From Candidatus Woesearchaeota archaeon (GTDB taxonomy: Archaea > Nanobdellota > Nanobdellia > CAYMVK01 > CAYYFB01), in assembly GCA_964471255.1 (NCBI GenBank), contig CAYYFB010000003.1:359-64358 (forward strand): a stretch of 64,000 nucleotides of DNA. Reading direction: 5' to 3'. Below the pieces are notes generated by a model. That model was not told the origin of the DNA and ran no database searches. It was given only the letters and a program-made list of their open reading frames with translations. Each line of letters starts with the position of its first letter. Position 1 is the stretch's first letter. Shown here one piece after another: positions 51,918 through 59,849 of this stretch. The position numbers and the translations under genes were made by a program.

Positions 51918-52532
51918 ATGAAAAAGTTATTCTATCAGAAAGTTAAGAAATGTATACAAGGGCTTTCTCTTGGATATTTCTTTATTATAAGCGAACATGC
52001 GTTTATTTGCAATAGGATTAATGATATACCAAAATTTGCTGCAATTAGGTATTTCTTTCCAATTATTAATCTCTGGCTTTTTCAACCTTTTCCAGCATTT
52101 TTGCTTTTCTTCTTCAGTTTGCCTTTCCTGTATGTTTCTCTCTATGGAGTTAAATCTATATCAAAAAAGGCTTTGTTATTAATAGCTATAGGCTCTACTT
52201 ATTACCCCCTCTCTTATTTTTTGAAGCAATCCTACTATTATCCCTTAATTTGGTCTATTCTTATATTTTTCTGGCTCGGGGTTAATTCTTTAGTTAGGAG
52301 CATCAATTTTCTTTTTTCTTCTGCACTCATTTGTGTTCTCTGGGATTTAATAACTGCTCTTGCTGCTTTTAGGCTTGGAATGGAAAGGATAGGAGTTCCA
52401 TATTCCCCTTCTCTTCCTATCAAGTACGTAATATGTATCGATGTCTCTTTACTGATGCTTCTTTTATTTTTGTGGCAAAAGAAGGGCCTTTTGTTAAGAT
52501 TAGAAAAAGTACCCAAACTGGGTTTCAAGTAA
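51918..52532 (+). CDS. Polytopic membrane protein, unknown function
   Basis: 204 aa with about 6 hydrophobic segments. Confidence 0.45.
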   Translation: MKKLFYQKVKKCIQGLSLGYFFIISEHAFICNRINDIPKFAAIRYFFPIINLWLFQPFPAFLLFFFSLPFLYVSLYGVKSISKKALLLIAIGSTYYPLSYFLKQSYYYPLIWSILIFFWLGVNSLVRSINFLFSSALICVLWDLITALAAFRLGMERIGVPYSPSLPIKYVICIDVSLLMLLLFLWQKKGLLLRLEKVPKLGFK

Positions 52533-52600
52533 GGAAAACTATTGTTTAAAGAGTACGCCTTTTATAATAACATAAACATAACTAAAACATAACTAAAAAA

Positions 52601-53536
52601 TTATATCCATTCAGAAGGAATGGAAGATTTTTCACAAATTGTTTCTCTTAAAGATTCTGGTTTTTCATATTTTTGAGCTAAACTCCTCAATTTTCTTCTT
52701 ACTCTATTAGCCAATCTATCTTTATATTGACGCACTTCTATAGGCCAGAGTCCTAGGTTCTTTCTTTTTGAGAGAGTAACCACCGGAACTAGCCTTCTTT
52801 TTCTCTCAACGAACTGTACAATTCCTATCCCAGGAATAAATGTTGGTCTTACTTCCTTGCTCTCCACATAGGTAAAAGTAATACTCACATCTCTTCTTAA
52901 CTTCCTAATAATTCTCCTTATTCTCTCTATCAACTTAGGTAGTAACTTAACATACTCCTGTATTTCCGTATAAAGGCTCTTTAATTTTTCCAAAAAATCT
53001 ATAATGTACTTCCCGTAACCAAACAATTCTAAAACGGCTTTAATATTTTGTTTTGCCTCCAATATTTCTGGGAATTTTTCTTCAGCATCTTGAACTATTC
53101 CTTCTAAAGTTAAAACCATGTTTCCTAACCCTCTTTTCTCCAGAAAATCAGTCATGTCCCTAAAACTATCTAAAAGCTCTTGCATTAGCCTTTTATAATA
53201 GATAATCTCATCTAGTCCCCTTTCAAGCCGATCAGCAACCCAGCAGGAGGCACTTATTCTATCCAGATGATAATAAGACATCCTTTTTATTGTTTCTCCA
53301 AGATTTGTCCAGATTTTCTGGAGCGGCTCAAAATAACCTCTATATAAAACATGATAAATCCAAAATAGATCCTGAATGATCCAAATTGTATATCCTCTAA
53401 ATTCATTTTTACGTGAAAGGAAATTATCATCTAAAATCTCTTTCAAATGCCTCAATCCGTTTTTAAGTGAGGTGGTTCTTACCCTAAGGAAATCTAGAAG
53501 ATCTCTTCGGTTAGAAATATAGGAGCCTATCTCCAT
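52601..53536 (-). CDS. Hypothetical helical, R/K-rich protein
   Basis: 311-aa ORF with no recognisable motif. Confidence 0.4.
   Translation of the reverse strand: MEIGSYISNRRDLLDFLRVRTTSLKNGLRHLKEILDDNFLSRKNEFRGYTIWIIQDLFWIYHVLYRGYFEPLQKIWTNLGETIKRMSYYHLDRISASCWVADRLERGLDEIIYYKRLMQELLDSFRDMTDFLEKRGLGNMVLTLEGIVQDAEEKFPEILEAKQNIKAVLELFGYGKYIIDFLEKLKSLYTEIQEYVKLLPKLIERIRRIIRKLRRDVSITFTYVESKEVRPTFIPGIGIVQFVERKRRLVPVVTLSKRKNLGLWPIEVRQYKDRLANRVRRKLRSLAQKYEKPESLRETICEKSSIPSEWI
53318..53326 (+). repeat. CTGGAGCGG word, copy 17
   Basis: Exact 9-mer, antisense to the 52601-53536 gene, where the sense strand reads P-L-Q. Confidence 0.95.
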
Positions 53537-53711
53537 AACATTTATTGCTCTTATTTCCTATATATTCTTTACTAATAAGTAGTAATAACTTTATGAAGGG
53601 GTTAGCAATCCGGTTGAATTCTCATATATTATCCATTCTCTCACATTGCATTCCTTTTAGAGTTCTGCCATTTAGGTTGTGTTTGGAGGAAAAATAGTTA
53701 GTTGTGAGTTC

Positions 53712-53921
53712 TTATACAAAAGATAAAAGAGTAATAGCTGATAGAAACACCAGTAAAAGCGTGAGGAATCTTATTCTTTTCTCTAGATGGAAATCACGAA
53801 ACACTGTTGTCTTATCTAATAAACTTGCTATGCTTAGAATCAAAAGTACTAAAAGAAGGAAAGAGAAGAGCCCCCTCTTCAAGTAAGGGATTTGTTTATA
53901 TATAAAAGATATTATAGACAT
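53712..53921 (-). CDS. Possible small two-TM membrane protein at the 3' end of the MoxR operon
   Basis: 69-aa ORF with two hydrophobic helices. It is on the same strand as the DUF58 gene and overlaps its stop by 26 nt. There is no other support. Confidence 0.3.
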   Translation of the reverse strand: MSIISFIYKQIPYLKRGLFSFLLLVLLILSIASLLDKTTVFRDFHLEKRIRFLTLLLVFLSAITLLSFV

Positions 53922-55551
53922 ATCTCTCTATTTTTTGAGGGTTTATAAGTAAATATCTTGCCCCTCTAACTTTGCTTGGAGATAGAATTAAATATTTAAG
54001 TTTTTTTGCCAATATTTTCTCTGTTAGGAACTTTGATAAGTGAGGTGGAAGATTAGGGGTTAAAAATAAAACTTTACAAGTTTTTCTTAGAGATCTAAAC
54101 AAATTAGAATAATTCTTTTTAAAAACCTGCTCCCTATTCCAATAAAATAGCCTTATTTTCTTTCTGAGAATCCCAGAGTAAAAAAGATAAGAAGAAAATG
54201 CTATACCTCCATCTTTCAATCTTCCTTTTATTATTTCGGCCTCCTTTCCTAAACAATCTTTAAGTATGGAAAGTGACGCTTTTGGACTTATTATTTCCCC
54301 AAACTTCTCCCCTTTTAGGAGAAAAGATAACAGTTCCTTCTTGTCTTTTAAAAATGGGGAAAGAGAGTAAGAGTATCTCACAACAGCTACTGCTATCTCA
54401 ATATCCCTTCTTGAAAAAGTTTCAATAAAAACTCTTGCAAACTTAAAAAAAGCGTCTTCTAAGTCTTTTCTTATTTTTGGTTCGGTAAGATCAAGAACCA
54501 AGAGATATCTATCCTCTGCATGTGCGTAAAACTTTTTTGTATACAATTTTCCCGCCTTTGCCAATCCTTTCCACCATATCCTCGAAATTGGATCCCCAGG
54601 GGTATATCTTCCTATTTCAGCAAAGTCAAGAGAACTTCCATAGGCCTTCTTTATAAGGGCACCTGTCTCTCTAGGTATTAGGGGCATCTTAATAGGTAAC
54701 CTCAGTAATAATTTCCTCTTTAGTTTAGGAAGAACATATATACTAACAGGAGTTGAAGTTGCCCTATAAAGAACTGTAGAAAAGAAAGGCAAGGTAACTA
54801 TCTCCACTTTTACCACATCTAGTGAATAAAATCCTAATCTTTTCGGGAAAAATTCAAATTCTAGTCTAATTTTCGTTGAAAAAATGTTTTCTTTCCAACT
54901 ATGAAGCTTCAACTCTGGATGGAGAGGACAAACATATACATTAAACAAAGGAAAAGGGGAGGAAATATTCAAGTAAAACTTTGTGCTTGTTTCCGTTGAA
55001 ATTGTTTTCTTTTCAGTTTTTCCCTCAATTTTTGTTCTTTTAGCGAAGAAAATGGACAAAATATGATATATATAGCCAGCTAAAGGGGCGGCGACAATCA
55101 GAGAGGAAAGACTCAAATCTCCAAACAAAGAAATAACAATATTAACTAGGCTTCTTAATGCTGAAAAGCGATTTGGGATTCTTTCTACAAATGTGCTAAG
55201 ATAAAAAGGAAGGGGAGGAAGTATTAAAACGATGCCAGAAATGAAAACTACAAAGAAAATAGCAAAACCAACTTTTGGTTTTATAGGAGAGTATATCATT
55301 TTTTCTACCCACCACCTTGGTAGCAAGAAGAAAGACAGTATCTTCCTTAGAAGTGAGAAAAGTGATGAATATCCAGCTGCAAGAAAGATATAAGGGAGAA
55401 GGATAATAAATATTACCCAAATTAAATCAATATAAGGGTTGTTTACTCTTACTTTTATCAAAAAATTTCTATAAAAGGGAAAAAAGGCCAAGAAGAAAAA
55501 AATACAAGCTAAAATAATATCCCACTTAATCCATTTAATTAATTCTCTCAA
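53896..55551 (-). CDS. DUF58-domain membrane protein (MoxR partner)
   Basis: Several N-terminal TMs, then FAEIGRYTPGDPISRIWWKGLAKAGKLYTKKF, the DUF58 signature. Four-nucleotide overlap with moxR. Confidence 0.75.
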   Translation of the reverse strand: MRELIKWIKWDIILACIFFFLAFFPFYRNFLIKVRVNNPYIDLIWVIFIILLPYIFLAAGYSSLFSLLRKILSFFLLPRWWVEKMIYSPIKPKVGFAIFFVVFISGIVLILPPLPFYLSTFVERIPNRFSALRSLVNIVISLFGDLSLSSLIVAAPLAGYIYHILSIFFAKRTKIEGKTEKKTISTETSTKFYLNISSPFPLFNVYVCPLHPELKLHSWKENIFSTKIRLEFEFFPKRLGFYSLDVVKVEIVTLPFFSTVLYRATSTPVSIYVLPKLKRKLLLRLPIKMPLIPRETGALIKKAYGSSLDFAEIGRYTPGDPISRIWWKGLAKAGKLYTKKFYAHAEDRYLLVLDLTEPKIRKDLEDAFFKFARVFIETFSRRDIEIAVAVVRYSYSLSPFLKDKKELLSFLLKGEKFGEIISPKASLSILKDCLGKEAEIIKGRLKDGGIAFSSYLFYSGILRKKIRLFYWNREQVFKKNYSNLFRSLRKTCKVLFLTPNLPPHLSKFLTEKILAKKLKYLILSPSKVRGARYLLINPQKIERYVYNIFYI

Positions 55552-56480
55552 GGGGCATCAACTTTGGAAAGAACATCAATTATTATATCTTTGTTGCTTA
55601 TTCCCTCGGTTTCGTATTCGGGCTTTATTCCTATCCTGTGCTGAAGTATCCAAACAGCATATTTGTTAACATCTGAAGGCTTAACAAAGTTTCTTCCCTC
55701 AATGAGGGCAAGGGCTCTGGATACATTCATGAGAGCTATGGATGCTCTAGGACTTGGGCCCCAGACAACTTCGGGTCTCTCCCTTACCGAACAAACTATG
55801 TCAACGATATATTTTTTAGCTGCCGGTGAAATAAAGACGTTTTTTAACATCTCTGAATATCTAAGCACATCCTCTTTAGACAAAATGGGCTCTATTTTTC
55901 CTCCCGTCTTTAATTTTCTTTCTAAAATTCTAAGTTCATCTGTCTTGTTTGGATAGTTTAGATCTATTTTAAAGAGGAACCTATCTAGCTGGGCTTCGGG
56001 AAGAGGATATGTTCCCTCTTGCTCAATAGGGTTTTGAGTTGCAATTACCATAAAGGGCTCTTCAAGTCTATAAGTCACACCTTCAATAGTTACTTGCCGC
56101 TCTTCCATTGCCTCCAAAAGCGCTGATTGGGTCTTTGGAGGAGCCCTATTTATTTCATCAGCTAAGAGAATATTTGTAAAAATAGGCCCAAGTCTTACTT
56201 TAAAGGTAGCCCCTCTCAAATCATAAATTGTAGTCCCAATAATATCCGAAGGGAGTAAATCTGGGGTAAATTGGATTCTTCTAAATTTAGCATTAATTAA
56301 TCTTGAAAAGAGCTTTACTAAACTTGTTTTAGCTATCCCTGGTGGTCCTTCAAGTAAAACATGACCTTTACAAATTAAAGCGACGAACAAAGCCTTTACT
56401 ATTTCTTCATATCCAACAATGTATTTGGAAACCTCTTTAATTAATTTCTCAAGTTTAGGTATCATATTTTTGATAAACAA
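55548..56480 (-). CDS. moxR: MoxR-family AAA+ ATPase
   Basis: Walker A GPPGIAKTS, Walker B/sensor LLADEINRAPPKTQSALLEAMEE, VIATQNP and LDRF. Confidence 0.9.
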   Translation of the reverse strand: MFIKNMIPKLEKLIKEVSKYIVGYEEIVKALFVALICKGHVLLEGPPGIAKTSLVKLFSRLINAKFRRIQFTPDLLPSDIIGTTIYDLRGATFKVRLGPIFTNILLADEINRAPPKTQSALLEAMEERQVTIEGVTYRLEEPFMVIATQNPIEQEGTYPLPEAQLDRFLFKIDLNYPNKTDELRILERKLKTGGKIEPILSKEDVLRYSEMLKNVFISPAAKKYIVDIVCSVRERPEVVWGPSPRASIALMNVSRALALIEGRNFVKPSDVNKYAVWILQHRIGIKPEYETEGISNKDIIIDVLSKVDAP

Positions 56481-57529
56481 ATAAGTGAAAATAGAACCAC
56501 AAGCATAAGCAAGAGAGGGAAGAAAGAGGGAGAAAGTATTTTTTTAGCCAAAGTAGAAAGAATGTGTTTTCCAACCATTCCATAGATCCTAGAATAAAAT
56601 TCTCTTTGGATATTTGGATCTTTTATGAGTTTTTCTATCTCTTTTATTTGTCCACTCTCAATTAGATATCTAAGATAGTCCCTTATCATTTCCGCTAAAA
56701 GCCTTTTATCAAGTTTAGAAAGAAATTCTAGAAGAAGTTTCCAATATTCGTATTTTGACAAAATTTCCATTAAAGCATCTTTGAATTGTTTATTTTTCCA
56801 TAATTTTTCCCCCTCTCTCAATGATTTCTCGATATATTTTCTTACCGCCGGATCATTAAGAATCTTAGATAACTCAAGTAGCTTGCTTACATCCTTCTCT
56901 TTAAGTAGGGAGGAGAGAAGACTAAAATACTGGAAATACCCAAGTCTTCTATTAGCTAGGTTTTCATAAATATTTAGGAGATCATAGGCGGGATTTAGCT
57001 CATAATGTGAAAAGACAAATTCATCCAGTAAACTCGCTTTTTTTCTATCGCTTTCAGCTTTCATCAGAGTTTTGTAAAAGGAGGGGGATTCTTCCCTTAT
57101 TTTATAAAGGAAATAATCTGCAAAGGACTCATATGGATATTTTACTTTCCCTTCCTTGACTAGATAAGAATCAAAGTTGGGATAAAGCCATCTCCCATAG
57201 TTTATCTCATAAACTAAGTTCTCAATTTCTTTCCCGCCAATTACATATCCATAATCATAAAGAAAGGAAGATTTTGACAAGCGTGAGCCAAATTTTCTCC
57301 CTTCCCAATTAATCTCTAAAACTTTCTTGCCATCCTTTAAGTAATAAAGGGGATCCCCTTCTTCTGTAAGCAAAGGAAAAATATTCTTTTTTCTCATGTC
57401 CTCCAGAACATCCGGGGAAAAAATGGGGTGTTTTACACTACTATTGTCAGAAAATGGAAGAAATACAAGAGTAGAGAAACTAGGACTTAAGAAAAAGATT
57501 AAACAGGTCATTAACAATTTGCTTTTCAT
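56462..57529 (-). CDS. Exported, C-terminally anchored hypothetical protein
   Basis: Signal-like N-terminus MKSKLLMTCLIFFLSPSFS, a mixed beta then helical body and a C-terminal TM. Confidence 0.45.
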   Translation of the reverse strand: MKSKLLMTCLIFFLSPSFSTLVFLPFSDNSSVKHPIFSPDVLEDMRKKNIFPLLTEEGDPLYYLKDGKKVLEINWEGRKFGSRLSKSSFLYDYGYVIGGKEIENLVYEINYGRWLYPNFDSYLVKEGKVKYPYESFADYFLYKIREESPSFYKTLMKAESDRKKASLLDEFVFSHYELNPAYDLLNIYENLANRRLGYFQYFSLLSSLLKEKDVSKLLELSKILNDPAVRKYIEKSLREGEKLWKNKQFKDALMEILSKYEYWKLLLEFLSKLDKRLLAEMIRDYLRYLIESGQIKEIEKLIKDPNIQREFYSRIYGMVGKHILSTLAKKILSPSFFPLLLMLVVLFSLICLSKI

Positions 57530-57938
57530 TAGGGATCTCCCTTTTTCCGTATATTTTCATCTCATAAAGCTCAAAAATCTTTTCTAAAACCTTCCTTATC
57601 TTTCCTTTCGTTTTTTCTAGAGCTTTTTTTCTAGCCAAGTATCCTTTTCCGTCTTTTTCATCTAAGATTCCATCTATTCTTAATTTTTGAATGCAGAAAG
57701 AATAGAGGTTTTCCACGTTATCTACCTTATTAGGTTTTTTCTCAAGTTTCCAAGAAAGAGAGGAAACCAGGCTTTTAAGATGTTTAAATGGGAAAGATAT
57801 CTTTCTTTTCTTTTTTGATAAAAACAAAACCAGATTAAAGAACACAAATAGGAATATTAATATATTGAATAGGAAAGCAAGGAAAATAAGTGGATTTTCT
57901 CTAGCCAAATACAAAAGAAGCAAAAATATCCTTTTCAT
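57480..57938 (-). CDS. N-terminally anchored small protein, DUF4129-like
   Basis: It has an N-terminal TM pair. The helical C-terminus ends ...VLEKIFELYEMKIYGKREIP, resembling the DUF4129 tail seen in MoxR/DUF58 operons. Support is weak. Confidence 0.35.
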   Translation of the reverse strand: MKRIFLLLLYLARENPLIFLAFLFNILIFLFVFFNLVLFLSKKKRKISFPFKHLKSLVSSLSWKLEKKPNKVDNVENLYSFCIQKLRIDGILDEKDGKGYLARKKALEKTKGKIRKVLEKIFELYEMKIYGKREIPNEKQIVNDLFNLFLKS

Positions 57939-57939
57939 T

Positions 57940-59805
57940 TTACATTATCCTTCTTAACATAATATATGCAATTAACCCCAATAAAGCTGAAAATGTTAAA
58001 AGCGCTGAAGCTACTTTTCTCGCTTTTTCACCCAAAACTACAACAGAAAAACTCCCTGTAATGTGTTTAGGGAAGTATCCCTCACCTACACATTCTATTA
58101 TGTATTCAACCCTGGCTGGGCTCTCAGCTGGGATTGAAAGATAATAAAATCCCTCTCTTTCCATCATTTTTGTTCTTTCTCTTTTTACAGCTCTTTTTGT
58201 AAGAGGATCATAATATTGCAATATAACAAAGCAAGAAACATTTGCCATTCTTCCTAATTTGTCTCTTACACTTATTTCAAAGTCTATCCTGTTCCCTATT
58301 TTATATTCTTTAGCTATTTTTGATCTTTCTCTTATTAAGAGCTCTACTTTGTTGACAAAAATTTTAAAAACCTTTCTGGAGCTTTTATACCCATATTTTT
58401 GGCAACTTACCTCCATGGGATACTCTCTTCCTCCAGCAGGAAAGTTTAGCTCTAAAGTTCCACCGCTAGTCAACGTGTAGCTTTTATCCAACCATTTTAC
58501 TTGGCATTCTCCTTCTATTTCTTGACCAGTTATGGTGTCTAGATACCTTATTTCCACTTCCTTCTTTTCAAAGGAATAAATAATGCGGGAAGGGATTTCA
58601 ATATCTATTCTAGTTGGTCTCTCTATTATTTCTATCCTTAAGTCTTTAAACTTGGGCTCATAGAAAGGCGCTGAACATTCTATCTCTATCCTATGCTTTC
58701 CTATTTCTAGATTCCTTATTTTTAGTCTATCATATATTGATGAAACTTTCCTTCCATCAATTTTTGCTTCACATGTTTTTCCAGTTATCTCCTCCCCACT
58801 ATCTTTTCTTACATATCTAAATTTGATCCACTCTCTTTCTCTGTAGTAAAATCTGGTTTTTGATGGGAATATTTCTATTTCAGTAGGAATTTTACTAATT
58901 GGCTCTATTACCTCTACTGTCGCTTTTTCATACTTAGGAGAGTAACAGACACTGTGTACTTTCAAATCCCCTAAAGCTAGAGGTAACTGCATTTTTACTC
59001 TTTCATTTGGATTTACTTTTCCGGAGAATACCTTTAAACTGTTAACCTCAGCATTTAGCTCACATTCCCCAGTCCATATCTTTTCGCCAGTTTCCTGAGA
59101 AATATATTCTGGAATTACTACTATCTCCTCCCCAGGATACTTTTTTCCCAGAATTTTAATATTAAGAAGAGTCCTCTCCTTTCTAACAAAGAGAAATGCC
59201 TCCGCGCTTGCTTCATCATATCCAGGTTTAAAGCAAGTTACTGAAACAATATAATCTCCTTCCTCCTCAGGAGCTGTAAGCAATATTTTCCCACTTCCCA
59301 TTACTCTCTTTTTCAGTATTGTGCTCCCATCTTTTTTTATTGACAGGTTGCAATCAGCTCCATAGATAATTTGAGGAGAAATATGAGCAGTGACTCTCTC
59401 TTGATATTTGATGTCAAGAACAAATTCATCTTTTGGCCTGAGATAGAAAATAGAAGGAGAGAGGACTAGAGATGTTTCGGTTCCCTTTACCTCAACATAA
59501 AAAGAGATCGTTTCATCATAACATGAAATTATGACCTCCCTTGTTCCATGTGTTCTGAATACTTTTTCAAAATAAGCGTATTCTGAATAAGGATACATTG
59601 AGGTTGTTTCCCCATCAATTGTAATTAAACAGCTTGGATGATCCACCAGATCACTCCCATTATAGACATACGCCCTTACAAACCATGTATATCCTGTGTA
59701 GACTTCGGGAGCATAGGAGGGATTAATACTTATTTGAGAGAATGTGAAGTGAAAGGATAAAAAGAAAATGGTTAAAAAAAGGGCTATTTTAAATCTCTTT
59801 TCCAT
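57940..59805 (-). CDS. Large exported surface protein with about six tandem beta-rich repeats, each bracketed by a Cys pair, and a C-terminal TM anchor
   Basis: It has a signal peptide MEKRFKIALFLTIFFLSFHFTFS. Repeats of about 95-100 aa each contain C...(40-55 aa)...C, for example GECELNAEV...VHSVCYSPKYE and KTCEAKIDG...IEIECSAPFYE. Confidence 0.55.
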   Translation of the reverse strand: MEKRFKIALFLTIFFLSFHFTFSQISINPSYAPEVYTGYTWFVRAYVYNGSDLVDHPSCLITIDGETTSMYPYSEYAYFEKVFRTHGTREVIISCYDETISFYVEVKGTETSLVLSPSIFYLRPKDEFVLDIKYQERVTAHISPQIIYGADCNLSIKKDGSTILKKRVMGSGKILLTAPEEEGDYIVSVTCFKPGYDEASAEAFLFVRKERTLLNIKILGKKYPGEEIVVIPEYISQETGEKIWTGECELNAEVNSLKVFSGKVNPNERVKMQLPLALGDLKVHSVCYSPKYEKATVEVIEPISKIPTEIEIFPSKTRFYYREREWIKFRYVRKDSGEEITGKTCEAKIDGRKVSSIYDRLKIRNLEIGKHRIEIECSAPFYEPKFKDLRIEIIERPTRIDIEIPSRIIYSFEKKEVEIRYLDTITGQEIEGECQVKWLDKSYTLTSGGTLELNFPAGGREYPMEVSCQKYGYKSSRKVFKIFVNKVELLIRERSKIAKEYKIGNRIDFEISVRDKLGRMANVSCFVILQYYDPLTKRAVKRERTKMMEREGFYYLSIPAESPARVEYIIECVGEGYFPKHITGSFSVVVLGEKARKVASALLTFSALLGLIAYIMLRRIM

Positions 59806-59849
59806 AGAAATATTACTGAGGGGAACTTAAGTAGCCTAAAAGTGCTTTA

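Noticed and set aside
52560-52600. Short direct repeat acataactaaaa twice in an intergenic spacer
   Set aside because: There are only two short A/T-rich units, which fits chance or a T/A-rich terminator-promoter spacer.
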